DNA of 64,000 nt from Clostridia bacterium (lineage in GTDB: Bacteria; Bacillota; Clostridia; UBA1212), in contig JAGDAX010000014.1 of assembly GCA_017848335.1 (NCBI GenBank), positions 4,560 through 68,559 of the forward strand, written 5' to 3'. A model generated the notes under the pieces. It did not search any database, had not been told where the DNA came from, and saw nothing but the letters and a program-made list of their open reading frames with translations. Shown here piece by piece: positions 1 to 9,681 of the stretch; position 1 is the stretch's first letter; every line of letters begins with the position of its first letter. The position numbers were made by a program, and so were the translations under genes.

Positions 1-1
1 G

Positions 2-1804
2 GGCGGCACGTATATTGTCAGGGGAGACCTTGCCGGGGGCGGGGTCGTCGTAAAGGCTTCCAAAGAGGCTGACGTGAAGCTGGTTCTTGACGGTGTGAAT
101 ATCGAGAATGACGGCTTCGCGGCACTGTACGTGTTCTCTGCCAATAACGTGATCGTGACGCTGGCGGAGGGCTCCGAGAACAGGCTGGCGACAAAGGGCG
201 ACTTTGTGCAGATCGACGAAAACAACGTGAATGCCTGTGTGTATTCGAAGGATGATATTGCTTTTAACGGCGGCGGCAGGCTTGTTGTAAGCTGCGACAG
301 CGGCCACGGGATTGCGGCGAAGGACGACCTGACGGTGTCCGGGACGGGCATTGAAATTACCGCGGGAAATCACGGAATCAACGTCAATGACAGCATCAAA
401 ATCGACGGGGCATCGATCACCGTGAAGTCCGGCAAGGACGCGCTGCATTGCGAGAATACCGAGGATATCAGCCTCGGCAATATTTACATTTCAAAGGGCA
501 GCTTCAGCTTTGTCACCGCCGGCGACGGAATTGACGCGTCAGGCATCGTGAGAATCGATGACGGAGCGTTTGATATCGAATCAGGAAATTACCGGGATCC
601 GGAGCAGAGCGCGGATTTCGGAGAAATAGGCTTTGGCAGAATGGAATCCGGCAGGACGGGCCCTGGTGGAGCTGTTTCCGGGTCGGAGACAAATACAGCC
701 AGCACCAAGGGCATCAAGGCCGACAAAGAGGTGGATATTCTGGGCGGTTCCTTCAGGCTTGTCTGCGAGGACGACGCGGTTCACTCAAACGGCAGGATAC
801 TTATTCAGGGCGGCAGCTTTGATATCAGCACAGGGGACGACGGAATTCACGCGGACTCGGAGGTGATGATTCACACGCCGGAGGGCTGCGACATCAGGAT
901 CAACAACAGCTACGAGGGCATCGAGGGTGCGTCCATTACCGTGAATGCGGGACCGGGGACCGTCTCCGTGAAGGCCGTCGACGACGGATTCAACGCATCG
1001 AACGGACAGGGTAATGAATTCGGCGGACCGGGGCCCGGAGGAATGGGCTACGGCGGACGAGGTTCAGGCGGACGCGGCAATCGCGGACAGCAGACCGCGC
1101 CGGGTCAGGAAAGCGAAGGCGGCGGCACGAACGGCGCGCCGGGTCAGGAAAGCCCGGTCAGCCTGAGATTTCTCAGCGGAAAGGTCTTCGTTGACTGCTT
1201 CGGCGACGGCCTTGACAGCAACGGAACGCTTGAAGTTAAGGGCGGCACGATCTTCGTGTCCGGCCCCACAAGCAGCAACAACGGCGCTGTTGACTACAAC
1301 CGGAAGGGCGTTATCACGGGCGGCACGGTCATTGCCTGCGGAGCTTCTCAAATGGCTCAGAATTTCGGCAGCGAATCCACGCAGGGGTCGATTCTCGTGA
1401 ATTGCGGCACCGTCAAGGGCGGCACGGAGGTCAGGCTTTTAAGCGGCAGCACGGTTCTGGCTTCCTTCACGCCCGCGAAGCAGTTCGGCAGCATATTGGT
1501 GAGCTCGCCGGAGCTCAAGGCCGGAGGCACGTACACGGTTACCGCGGGAAGCTTCAGCAGCGAGATCAAGCTTGATTCGCTTATTTACAACAGCAACGGC
1601 AGAGGAACGAATCCCGGCCGGAATCCCGGGAAAATTGATCCCGGCGGCAATCCCGGGAGCGATCCGGGCGAAAATCCGGGAAGCGACCCGGGCGGTTCAG
1701 GGGAGGATCCCGGCGGTGACGATCCAAACGGAGACAATCCCGACGGAATGGGCTCCGGAGAAGTGGCTCCGGGCGATTTCGGACAGCTCAATCCCGGCAG
1801 GTGA
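2..1804 (+). CDS. Cthe_2159-like (PF14262/DUF4353-type) carbohydrate-binding beta-helix protein, 5' partial
   Basis: The frame is open from the window edge (GGTYIVRGDL... precedes the GTG listed at 74), so the N-terminus lies upstream. Iterated beta-helix rungs (KDDI/L-x-x-x-G-G, GDGIDA/GDDGIHA, SFDI/AFDI) fit my memory of this family. Gly/Pro/Asn/Asp low-complexity C-terminal tail. Confidence 0.75.
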   Translation, partial: GGTYIVRGDLAGGGVVVKASKEADVKLVLDGVNIENDGFAALYVFSANNVIVTLAEGSENRLATKGDFVQIDENNVNACVYSKDDIAFNGGGRLVVSCDSGHGIAAKDDLTVSGTGIEITAGNHGINVNDSIKIDGASITVKSGKDALHCENTEDISLGNIYISKGSFSFVTAGDGIDASGIVRIDDGAFDIESGNYRDPEQSADFGEIGFGRMESGRTGPGGAVSGSETNTASTKGIKADKEVDILGGSFRLVCEDDAVHSNGRILIQGGSFDISTGDDGIHADSEVMIHTPEGCDIRINNSYEGIEGASITVNAGPGTVSVKAVDDGFNASNGQGNEFGGPGPGGMGYGGRGSGGRGNRGQQTAPGQESEGGGTNGAPGQESPVSLRFLSGKVFVDCFGDGLDSNGTLEVKGGTIFVSGPTSSNNGAVDYNRKGVITGGTVIACGASQMAQNFGSESTQGSILVNCGTVKGGTEVRLLSGSTVLASFTPAKQFGSILVSSPELKAGGTYTVTAGSFSSEIKLDSLIYNSNGRGTNPGRNPGKIDPGGNPGSDPGENPGSDPGGSGEDPGGDDPNGDNPDGMGSGEVAPGDFGQLNPGR

Positions 1805-1842
1805 TATGCCTTAGGCGAAGGGACGGATCCGCCGGTGATGAT

Positions 1843-1891
1843 GGTTTCGCCGGTGGGGATGGCTTCGCCGGTGGGGATGGCTTCGCGAAGG
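1843..1891. repeat. 18-bp tandem repeat, about 2.7 copies (GGYTTCGCCGGTGGGGAT)
   Basis: Adjacent near-identical units read directly, 39 nt after the stop at 1804. Confidence 0.8.
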
Positions 1892-1912
1892 CCTGACGCG
1901 GGATAAAAAAGA

Positions 1913-1956
1913 CAGCAGAGGGGCGCCCCGTGATGTGGCAGGGCGCCCCTCTGCTG
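1913..1956 (-). terminator. Rho-independent terminator hairpin (perfect 16-bp stem)
   Basis: CAGCAGAGGGGCGCCC (1913-1928) pairs with GGGCGCCCCTCTGCTG (1941-1956). The A-run at 1905-1910 gives a T-tract on the minus strand, i.e. downstream of the minus-strand ORF ending at 1994. Confidence 0.65.
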
Positions 1957-1993
1957 CGTCAGGTGTCAGGTGTTGCCGACTGCGGCGAATGCG

Positions 1994-2284
1994 CTACAGG
2001 GCGATTTCCTGAAGCGTACGGGTGTAGATGCAGTCTTCGGTTTCGGAGAGGATATTGACCGAGAACGCTTTGTTGTCGGAGGTGATGACAATGGCACTGT
2101 CGCGGCTGCCGGCCTTGGGGATTTTTGCGACACAGTCCAGCCGACGGATGCACACGTCGTCGCCGTCCGGGAAGTCGCGGCTTCTGAGGAGCATGACGGT
2201 GAAATTGCAGCGCCTTGACGCGGAGGGAGAGGCTTCGGGGCAGGCGGCTTTTATCTTGTCGAAAATGTTTTCGGAGTCAACCAT
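1994..2284 (-). CDS. hypothetical small protein (96 aa)
   Basis: ORF with an AGAAGG-type RBS upstream of its ATG and a terminator hairpin downstream. No family recognised. Confidence 0.45.
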   Translation of the reverse strand: MVDSENIFDKIKAACPEASPSASRRCNFTVMLLRSRDFPDGDDVCIRRLDCVAKIPKAGSRDSAIVITSDNKAFSVNILSETEDCIYTRTLQEIAL

Positions 2285-2644
2285 TGTTTGACCTTCTTTC
2301 GGATCTGTGTTTGCGGTGGCTGGCGGGCATTGCCCTCCAAGGGTATTTTACCATCAAAAAATGAGTTGTAAACCCGGCGGTATTCGAGGAGTAAAGCCTT
2401 GATATTTTCAAGGTTCAGAGCTTCAATCAGGGGCAAGATGAGGTTTTGGGTAACTGTTGTGCGACTTTTAGGGTGAGAAGATCGGGGGGATTATTGCGGA
2501 GGCCGCAGCTGGCGGGGGAAAATGACAGGCGCGGCGTGATTGATTTTCGGGCATGAAATCGGGTATAATACCGTTCGGCGGAACAGTGTTTTGCGGTAGC
2601 TTTCGGGTGGCCGGAATAGGCTTCCCGGTGTGAGGTGCGACGTC

Positions 2645-3631
2645 ATGAAGGAAGTTTTGACAGCTGTTTTGATTATCGTTGGCGCACTGTCGGCAGTGGT
2701 GGCGGCGGGGCTTGTCGCGCTTTATTTCGTTGTTTTTTACTCGCCCCACAAGGGCCAGAATGACGACCTGCAGCTGCCGCCGGGCATTGATTACAGCCCG
2801 TACGGCGAGCTGCCCGTCAATATGATAAAGGGAGCCATGAGGGAGCCCTTCGAGACGGTGGAGATCGTGTCGGAGGACGGTCTGCGGCTTCGGGGCAGGC
2901 TCTATGTGAGGCATCCTGAGAGCGCGCCGCTTGCGCTTGGCTTCCACGGGTACAGGGGTACCCCCGCAAGGGATTTCAGCGGCGGCCTGATCTCGATGCT
3001 GGAGGCCGGCTTCAACGTGCTTCTGGTGGAGCAGCGGGCGCACGGTCGGAGCGCGGGGCACACGATTACCTTCGGCATTAAGGAGCGCCGGGATTGCGTT
3101 CGGTGGGCGGAATATGCCGCCGGGCGGTTCGGGCAGGCGGTGCCGACGGTTCTTTTCGGCATTTCGATGGGCGCCTCCACGGTGCTGATGGCTTCGGGCG
3201 AGGCTCTTCCCGCGAACGTGCGGTGGATTGTCGCGGACTGTCCATACAATGCTCCGGAGGAGATCATCAAGAGCGTTATCGCGAAAATGAAGCTGCCGGC
3301 GGGGTTTTTCTACTTTTTTGTGAACCTTTCCGCGAGAATTTTCGGGCGCTTCAATCTGCGGGAAATCACCGCAAGGGACAGCGTGGCAAGGACGGGCCTC
3401 CCGGTCACGATAATTCACGGGCGCGAAGACGGGCTAGTGCCCTGCGAGATGAGCGCGAAAATACCCGGGGACAACCGGAATTGCGAGCGTTTTGTGTTCG
3501 ACAATGCGGATCACGGGCTGAGCTATCTTGAGGACAAGGCACGGTACGAGAGGATCGTGGCGGAGATTTTCAGGAGGCTGGGCGATCAGCGCACCTTTTG
3601 CGCGGGGTCTTTTCAGGGGCCGGTAGGTTAA
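2645..3631 (+). CDS. alpha/beta hydrolase, N-terminal membrane anchor
   Basis: GAGGTG RBS 8 nt before ATG 2645. N-terminal hydrophobic helix. HG oxyanion motif (GFHGY), nucleophile elbow GISMGAS, later D and H (DNADHG). Confidence 0.85.
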   Translation: MKEVLTAVLIIVGALSAVVAAGLVALYFVVFYSPHKGQNDDLQLPPGIDYSPYGELPVNMIKGAMREPFETVEIVSEDGLRLRGRLYVRHPESAPLALGFHGYRGTPARDFSGGLISMLEAGFNVLLVEQRAHGRSAGHTITFGIKERRDCVRWAEYAAGRFGQAVPTVLFGISMGASTVLMASGEALPANVRWIVADCPYNAPEEIIKSVIAKMKLPAGFFYFFVNLSARIFGRFNLREITARDSVARTGLPVTIIHGREDGLVPCEMSAKIPGDNRNCERFVFDNADHGLSYLEDKARYERIVAEIFRRLGDQRTFCAGSFQGPVG

Positions 3632-3710
3632 ACCGGGCCGTTGCGCGTGAGCTTTTCAGGGGCCGGGAGGTCAAGCTCAGCCCTTTCATATACAATTTCA
3701 GGAGGTTACA

Positions 3711-4985
3711 ATGGAAAAAGTTAAGATCGGCGTCTTCGGCGGTGCCAGAGGTTTTGTCATGGTGAGCCAGCTTTTGCACCACCCGGATGCGGAGCTTGTC
3801 GCGGTTTGCGACAAATACGAGCCGCTGCTGGACAACTGTAAAAAGGCCGCTGACGAGGCGGGCATACAGGTGGCGCTTTACACCTCGTTCGACGAGTTCA
3901 TCAGGCATGACATGGACGCAGTGGTGTTCGCCAATTATGCCAACGAGCATGCGATCTACGCGGTGAAATGCCTGAAGGCCGGCAAGCACGTGATGTCGGA
4001 GGTTCTTCCCGGGGAGACGCCGGCGCAGCTTGTCGCGCTGGTTGAGGCAGTCGAGGAGACCGGGCTCATTTATACGTACGCGGAAAATTACTGCTACATG
4101 AAGGCCCCCTTCGAGATGTGGAAGCGTTATCGGGCCGGCGACATTGGCGAGATCCAGTACGGCGAGGGCGAATACATTCACGATTGCACGGTCATCTGGC
4201 CGGATATCACCTACGGCGAGAGGGACCATTGGCGCAACAAGATGTTCGCGACCTTCTACTGTACGCATTCCTGCGGACCGCTGATCACGATTTCGGGGCT
4301 GCGGGCGGTCAAGGTGGTGGGCTTTGAGACCAATCTCAACCTGAACGAGAAGCAGATGCGCGTGGGAATTCCGGAGCGTGCGGGCATCGAGATGATCACG
4401 CTCGAAAACGGCGCGGTCGTCAAGAGCATTCACGGGGGCCTCAAGATGGAGCCGGGCAGCGTCAACTATCAGGTGTACGGTACCAAGGGCATGATGGAAT
4501 CGCAGCGCTACAGCTCCGCCGAGTTCAATATTTATCAGGAAGGCCCCAAGGTCTGCCAGGGCACGTGGGAGAACTACGACCCGCAGAACGACGTGGGCAG
4601 CTGGATCGCCGAGAAGTCCGACGGCCACGGCGGCAGCGACTTCTATACCACGCATTGCTTCGTGGAGAAGATACTCGGCAAGCCCGACGGGGAGTGGTGC
4701 ATTGACGTGTACACCGCCGCCAATATGGGCCTCTGCGGGATAATGGCCTGGCGCTCCGTGCTGGCCGGCAACGTCCCGATGGAGATACCGGATCTGCGCG
4801 ATCCCGCGGCAAGGGACAAGTGGAGGCACGACAACGCCTGCTGCACCGAGAGCGTGGCGGGGGATGCGTTGCTGCCGAAGTCGTCGTATCCGATTCCCGA
4901 GATCCCGGACGAGACCTATGAGGAGGTCAGGAAGCAGTGGCAGCGCAGCGAGGACAGCAAGATAAAGGATCTGTTCTGGCTGTAG
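3711..4985 (+). CDS. Gfo/Idh/MocA family oxidoreductase
   Basis: AGGAGG RBS. N-terminal Rossmann motif KIGVFGGARG, and the typical EVLP/EKP-like segment (HVMSEVLP). Confidence 0.9.
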   Translation: MEKVKIGVFGGARGFVMVSQLLHHPDAELVAVCDKYEPLLDNCKKAADEAGIQVALYTSFDEFIRHDMDAVVFANYANEHAIYAVKCLKAGKHVMSEVLPGETPAQLVALVEAVEETGLIYTYAENYCYMKAPFEMWKRYRAGDIGEIQYGEGEYIHDCTVIWPDITYGERDHWRNKMFATFYCTHSCGPLITISGLRAVKVVGFETNLNLNEKQMRVGIPERAGIEMITLENGAVVKSIHGGLKMEPGSVNYQVYGTKGMMESQRYSSAEFNIYQEGPKVCQGTWENYDPQNDVGSWIAEKSDGHGGSDFYTTHCFVEKILGKPDGEWCIDVYTAANMGLCGIMAWRSVLAGNVPMEIPDLRDPAARDKWRHDNACCTESVAGDALLPKSSYPIPEIPDETYEEVRKQWQRSEDSKIKDLFWL

Positions 4986-4987
4986 GG

Positions 4988-5149
4988 TGCGTGAATCGAA
5001 TGCGCGTGGATCGAATGCGCGTGAATCAAATCCGCGTGGATCGGGCCGCAGCTTCGTCCGCAAGGTGCGCGTGGATCAAATCCGCGTGGATCAAATTCGC
5101 GTGGTTCGGGCCGCGGCTTCGTCCGCAAGGTGCGCGTGGATCAAATCCG
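4988..5149. repeat. nested tandem repeat (15-bp GCGCGTGGATCAAAT-type units inside a ~60-bp higher-order repeat)
   Basis: Read directly. Starts 3 nt after the stop at 4985. The block CGTGGWTCGGGCCGCRGCTTCGTCCGCAAGGTGCGCGTGGATCAAATCC occurs twice. Confidence 0.85.
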
Positions 5150-5379
5150 TCAATGCGGACAGTCTATAAGCTGACAAGGGATATTATTTTAATTAAACGT
5201 CGTTTGACTTACAGGCTGTGACTGACAGCGACAGTCAGCGAAAGAGCGGGGAACCATGCCGGATCTTCGCTCTTTTGCTGATCGATATTTCCGTGAATTT
5301 TTGTCAGTGCTTCCTTTCGGCACTTTTTCAGCGAACCTGTGGGCGCGTCCTGTTTGCGGCCTTACTGTAAGCGGCTCTG

Positions 5380-7218
5380 TCAGCGCTTCCTTTTGGCGCC
5401 CTGTTTGTGCTTCGTTACCAGCACCGCAGTCAATACCGCGCCCCCGCCCAAAACGATCAAGGCCGCGGCCGCGGGCAGCGCTGCAGAGGTCATCAACTCC
5501 GAAAACGTCTTTGGTATCCGCGGTTTGCCTCCTTCGCCCGAATTATCCTGCGTTTCGCCTGAATTCGCCTGTCCCGGAGAAGGCGTGGCGGACTGCAAAC
5601 CGGGCGAAAAATCAGACAGTGAATCAGTTCCGTTCGGTGTGCCCTGTGCGCCGCCGGTATTCGCGTATGAATCATCGGTGGCATTGGCGGTTGAATTCCC
5701 GGTGGGAGCCCCCGAAGGATATTCTCCCGGCGATCCGGAGGCATCGCCCGTGGGCTCCCCGTCGCCTGTGGGCTTCCCGGTGGGATTGCCGCCGGGCTTG
5801 GGAGTCGTTGAAGGATCAGAGGTGGGAGTCGACGAAGCAGCTGAAGCAGGCGTAGACCCGGGAGTCGGTGTGGGTGTGGGCGCCTGAGTGGGCCCGGACG
5901 TTGCGGGTGTGACGCTTTCGTCATACCACTCGCCGTTCAGCCAGCTGACGCGCGCCTGCATAAAGTCGGAGAGGAGCTTCACGGACTCCGCGTAATTGTC
6001 GGAGAGCACAAAGACCCCGGTGTTGTTCCAGACGTCCACGTCGTATTGCACCTGCGGAGCAAGCTCGGCCGCCGCCGTGCTGACAAGCGCCAGCCAGTCG
6101 CGCAGAATGCCCTGATTGCTGAGCTGCGTCCAGCGCGTCTTCACCAGGTTCACAAAGTCCTTGCGGTTCAGAAGGTCGATGAACCAGTTGGGCCGCCCCC
6201 AGCTGTTGTCCAGAAAGTGCAGCCCGGTGGTGTCAAGGTTGTTGAAGCGGTCGATGCCCGCCAGCGCCAGGTCGTAATCCCACACCGGCCCCATGTAAAG
6301 CTTGTCGCCGTAGACGTTGTACAGGTAGATGCTGGAATTGAAGAGCGTGTCGTCGTTCTTCATGATCTCGTTGAAAATGTACCAGTCCACCAGCGTGTCG
6401 AGGTCCATGTACTTTCCGATAATATCCAGCGTTTTGCGCTCGGTAATTGAATTCTCGAAGTTCCTGAGGTTCTGCCTGGCGTCGCGCACAGCCTTGTCGA
6501 AGGTGAGGTCGGTGCCCTTCTCGGCGGCCTTCCGCTCAAATTCGTCCCTGGAGGGGTCCTTCACCACGTAAAGGTTGCCAAACTGCGTGCTGAAATTTTC
6601 GGGCTCGCCGTAGCCGTAGTTGTTGTCAAGCTCGAGAAGAACGTCCCCGTGGGAAACGCTGATATTGACGCGCCTGTCGTCGATCTCCACCTTTTCGGTG
6701 ATGAGATAGAGGCCGTTGTAGTTCCCGTTAATGAAAAGGTGCGCCGCCCGGGCCTTGGGAGTGAAGCCGAAGCGCAGCTTCGAGGCCAGCTCGAAGGCGA
6801 GGTAATTGCGGAGCTTGGTCTGGTCCGTGATATTCGCCAGCAGCACCCAGTCCTTGGCCGCCCCGAAGCCGAACCAGTTGGTTTTTTCGTCGCACTTGAT
6901 GGCGTAGGGGCGCTTGGGCTGACCCCATGTGTAATTGCCGCGGCCCTTGATCTGCGCGGTTCGCTCAATGGAGCGGCCGTCGAAGGACAGCTTGCAGGTG
7001 AGCCTTCTCCAGGAATCCTTCTCGATGTCGTACTCCTGATAGCCGTCAAGCGTCAGCTCGAGCACGGAGTATCCCTGCGCGATAAGAGACGCCGGCGTGC
7101 ATTCCGCGGCATCCGCCCCGGTGTGAACCGTGAAGGTCAGACAGCCGGAAAAAGTGACCGCGAATGCGAGCAGCAGCGCGAAGCTTTTCAGGCAATGGTG
7201 GGTGGTTGTGTTTTTCAT
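5380..7218 (-). CDS. CotH kinase family protein, secreted, with Pro/Thr-rich linker and C-terminal TM anchor
   Basis: Motifs GRGNYTWGQPKRPY, KDWVLLAN, LRNYLAFELA, PVWDYDLA as I recall for CotH (PF08757). N-terminal signal/lipobox-like FSGC. C-terminal hydrophobic helix plus KHKQGAKRKR tail. Alternative TTG start at 7230. Confidence 0.85.
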   Translation of the reverse strand: MKNTTTHHCLKSFALLLAFAVTFSGCLTFTVHTGADAAECTPASLIAQGYSVLELTLDGYQEYDIEKDSWRRLTCKLSFDGRSIERTAQIKGRGNYTWGQPKRPYAIKCDEKTNWFGFGAAKDWVLLANITDQTKLRNYLAFELASKLRFGFTPKARAAHLFINGNYNGLYLITEKVEIDDRRVNISVSHGDVLLELDNNYGYGEPENFSTQFGNLYVVKDPSRDEFERKAAEKGTDLTFDKAVRDARQNLRNFENSITERKTLDIIGKYMDLDTLVDWYIFNEIMKNDDTLFNSSIYLYNVYGDKLYMGPVWDYDLALAGIDRFNNLDTTGLHFLDNSWGRPNWFIDLLNRKDFVNLVKTRWTQLSNQGILRDWLALVSTAAAELAPQVQYDVDVWNNTGVFVLSDNYAESVKLLSDFMQARVSWLNGEWYDESVTPATSGPTQAPTPTPTPGSTPASAASSTPTSDPSTTPKPGGNPTGKPTGDGEPTGDASGSPGEYPSGAPTGNSTANATDDSYANTGGAQGTPNGTDSLSDFSPGLQSATPSPGQANSGETQDNSGEGGKPRIPKTFSELMTSAALPAAAALIVLGGGAVLTAVLVTKHKQGAKRKR

Positions 7219-7244
7219 GGATTTTCTCAAAATAAAGCGGTTGG

Positions 7245-7378
7245 GCCGTGCGGCCTTGGTTTTAACGTCAGGTTTTTACGTGCCGTGGATCCTGCACCGG
7301 GCCGCGAGGCCTTGGTTTTAACGTGCGGCCTTGTTTTGACCTGCGGCCGGTTTACCGGGCCGCGAGGCCTTGGTTTTG
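7245..7378. repeat. degenerate tandem/dispersed repeats (GGCCTTGGTTTTAACGT x3; ACCGGGCCGCGAGGCCTTGGTTTT x2)
   Basis: Read directly in the divergent intergenic region between the CotH and esterase genes. Confidence 0.8.
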
Positions 7379-7691
7379 CGCGGCGGCGGTCTGGGCGGAT
7401 TGCCGATGCTTCAGCATAGCACGGCAAAGGGGCGTTTGTCAATCGCAACTTCAAAGGCGCTTCTCAGGGCTTCGCGCGGATTCTCACGCGACTCTTTACG
7501 AGAATTATAGCGCTGCCTGTGCGACTTCCGGCAGCTTCTCGCGGCATCGGCAAAGGCAGCGAACCTTCAAAGTCAGCGAAGTCTCAAAGTCCGCAAACCT
7601 GCAAAATTTCGGAATTCGTTTCATCTTGGCGGGAAATGTGGTAAAATAACCGCAATGGGATAAACCTCGTGACGAAAAGGAGGAATTCTGC

Positions 7692-8459
7692 ATGATTTTT
7701 AACACGTTGAGGTTTTACAGCGAGGCGCTGGGGATGCAGACCGAGGTGCTGGTGCTGCTTCCGCAGGTGGGAACCGCAGGTGAAATCGGCGTCGACAGCG
7801 GAGCAAGGTCGGGCCCGTTTAAGTGCCTGTATCTGCTTCACGGTCTCAGCGACGACCAGACCATCTGGATGCGCAGAACGTCCATCGAGCGGTACGCGGA
7901 AGCATACGGTATTGCCGTGGTAATGCCCTGCGGCGGCCGAAGCTTTTACACGGACATGAAGAAGGGCCAGAATTATTACACCTTCGTGGCGAAGGAGCTG
8001 CCCGCAAGGATCTGCGACACCTTCAACATTTCCGCGGCAAGGCGCGACAATTATATTGCAGGGCTTTCAATGGGCGGCTACGGCGCGCTCAAGATCGGCC
8101 TCCGTGAATGCGCCAGGTTCTCGAAGATCGCAGCCTTCTCTGCGTGCGCGGACATCGAGGACGTGCGGGGCGTATTTGACCCGGACGGCGCCATTTTCGG
8201 GGAGAGCGACAAGGTGGACGCCGGCGACGACCTCTTCCTGCTGGCCGATAAATACAAGGATTCCGAGCTGCGGCCGGACGTATTCATGGGCGTTGGCACG
8301 GAGGACTTCCTCTACGACGCCAACAAGAGGCTCTGCGCGCACTTCAGGGACCTGGGATACAATATCTGCTGGCGCGACTCCCACGGCAATCACGAGTGGG
8401 CCTTCTGGGACGTGTACGTGCGGTTTGCGCTGGAATGGATCTTCGGGAGAGGCGATTGA
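7692..8459 (+). CDS. esterase family protein (esterase D / tributyrin esterase-like)
   Basis: AAAGGAGG RBS. LLHGLSDD motif, nucleophile elbow GLSMGGYGA, C-terminal H (GNHEW). Confidence 0.85.
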   Translation: MIFNTLRFYSEALGMQTEVLVLLPQVGTAGEIGVDSGARSGPFKCLYLLHGLSDDQTIWMRRTSIERYAEAYGIAVVMPCGGRSFYTDMKKGQNYYTFVAKELPARICDTFNISAARRDNYIAGLSMGGYGALKIGLRECARFSKIAAFSACADIEDVRGVFDPDGAIFGESDKVDAGDDLFLLADKYKDSELRPDVFMGVGTEDFLYDANKRLCAHFRDLGYNICWRDSHGNHEWAFWDVYVRFALEWIFGRGD

Positions 8460-8575
8460 GCCGCGGAAAATTCTGAGCCGCGGAAAATGAGATTTGAGCG
8501 GCGGAAAATGAGATCTGAACCGCGGAAAAAGTGCTCGAGCCGCGGAAAAAGTGCTTGAACTGTGGAAATTATTCC
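8458..8575. repeat. ~21-bp tandem repeat, 5-6 degenerate copies (GAGCCGCGGAAAATGAGATYT)
   Basis: Read directly. Begins on the esterase stop codon and ends just before the next gene. Confidence 0.85.
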
Positions 8576-8600
8576 CGGAGGCGATTGTCGCGTGAAGAAC

Positions 8601-9677
8601 ATGACTCGAAAACGGAAAATATTGATGCGGGTCCTTGTCATTGCGGCGCTTGCCGCGGTGGTTTTGTTCGTGACGCAGATGGCCGCTGCCGCCACCGTTT
8701 ACTCGACGATCTTCGCCAGAAGGTTTGAGACCGGGCAGGCATACAGATACAGCGCCGACGAATTCCCGGGCCTCACGGAGGAGACCGTCAAGTTTACCAA
8801 CAACAGCGGCACCGAGCTTTCGGGCTACTTCTACAAGTGCATCGAGGGAGAGCCGAAGGGCCTGGTGGTGATCTGCCACGGCTTCGGCGGCGACGCCAAC
8901 CAGTTTATGGACTCGGCGGCCTTCTTCGCGGGGAACGGCTTCGCGGTGTTTTCCTTCGACGTCACGGGAAGCGGAAAAAGCGGCGGCAGCGGCGCGGGCG
9001 GCTTTCCCCAATACACGATGGACCTCATGTCGGCCATCGATTTTGCCAAGGGTCTCCCGGAAATGCAGGGCCTGCCGGTGATGCTTCTCGGGCACAGTAT
9101 GGGTGCGTACGCGGCCGTCAACGTTTTCAATTTCAGGGACGACGTGAGCTCGGCGGCGCTGCTGGCAGGGTTCGAGAAGAGCATCGACCTCATCAACGCA
9201 GGCGGCGCGAAGCTGGCCGGGCCGCTGGTGAAGCTGATTTCGCCGCTGGTGAAGCTTTGGGAGAGCATAAAATTCGTCAGGTTTTCCACCGGTGAGGGCG
9301 TCAGGCGGCTGGTCGAATCGGACGCCGGCGTGCTGGTGGCTCAGAGCACGGACGACGACAACGTGCCCTTTTCGATAGGCTTCGAGCGCTTTCTGAAGGC
9401 CGCCGCGGGCGACAAGGACTTCGAGTTCGTCGAGCTCACCGGCCGCGGCCACGACTGCGTGGACTTTTCCCTCGAAGCGACGGAATACGTCAAGGCCTTT
9501 GACTGGGCGCTGGAGGAATTCAAGGCCTCGGGCAACGTCACGCCTGAGGAAATCGACGCCTTCATCACCGACAACCTTGACCGGAGCGTTTGGGAAAACA
9601 CGCTCGATCCCGGTCTGTACGGCAGGATTCTTGCGCTCTTCGAGAATGCGGCGGCAAAGGCGGCGGATGCGGGGTGA
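8601..9677 (+). CDS. alpha/beta hydrolase, N-terminal membrane anchor
   Basis: TM helix after MTRKRK. HGFGG oxyanion motif, GHSMGAY nucleophile elbow, D and H near the C-terminus (STDDDNV, GRGHD). The listed ORF start of 8562 is probably too far upstream. Confidence 0.8.
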   Translation: MTRKRKILMRVLVIAALAAVVLFVTQMAAAATVYSTIFARRFETGQAYRYSADEFPGLTEETVKFTNNSGTELSGYFYKCIEGEPKGLVVICHGFGGDANQFMDSAAFFAGNGFAVFSFDVTGSGKSGGSGAGGFPQYTMDLMSAIDFAKGLPEMQGLPVMLLGHSMGAYAAVNVFNFRDDVSSAALLAGFEKSIDLINAGGAKLAGPLVKLISPLVKLWESIKFVRFSTGEGVRRLVESDAGVLVAQSTDDDNVPFSIGFERFLKAAAGDKDFEFVELTGRGHDCVDFSLEATEYVKAFDWALEEFKASGNVTPEEIDAFITDNLDRSVWENTLDPGLYGRILALFENAAAKAADAG

Positions 9678-9681
9678 TACC

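Noticed and set aside
2251-2436. 61-aa ORF (MPLIEALNLENIKALLLEYRRVYNSFFDGK...) upstream of, and overlapping, the 96-aa minus-strand gene.
   Set aside because: It overlaps the start of the neighbouring ORF in another frame. It has no convincing RBS or recognisable family, and it lies in the divergent promoter region. The evidence isn't sufficient to call it.
3570-5063. Very long ORFs antisense to, or overlapping, recognisable genes. Examples: 3570-5063(-), 2468-3418(-), 8067-9452(-), 13123-14445(+), 29549-30928(-), 31058-32002(+), 48763-50514(+), 59562-60788(-), 63180-63953(-).
   Set aside because: Their translations are Arg/Pro/Ala/Gly/His-rich with no recognisable motifs. They lack Shine-Dalgarno sites, and each is fully shadowed by a gene with clear family signatures on the other strand or frame. 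This is the usual artefact of stop-codon-poor high-GC DNA.
5256-5924. Plus- and minus-strand ORFs (199, 182 and 143 aa) over the 3' part of the CotH gene.
   Set aside because: They coincide with the Pro/Thr/Gly/Ser low-complexity linker of CotH, which keeps several frames open. Only the CotH frame connects to a recognisable catalytic domain, a signal peptide and a C-terminal anchor.
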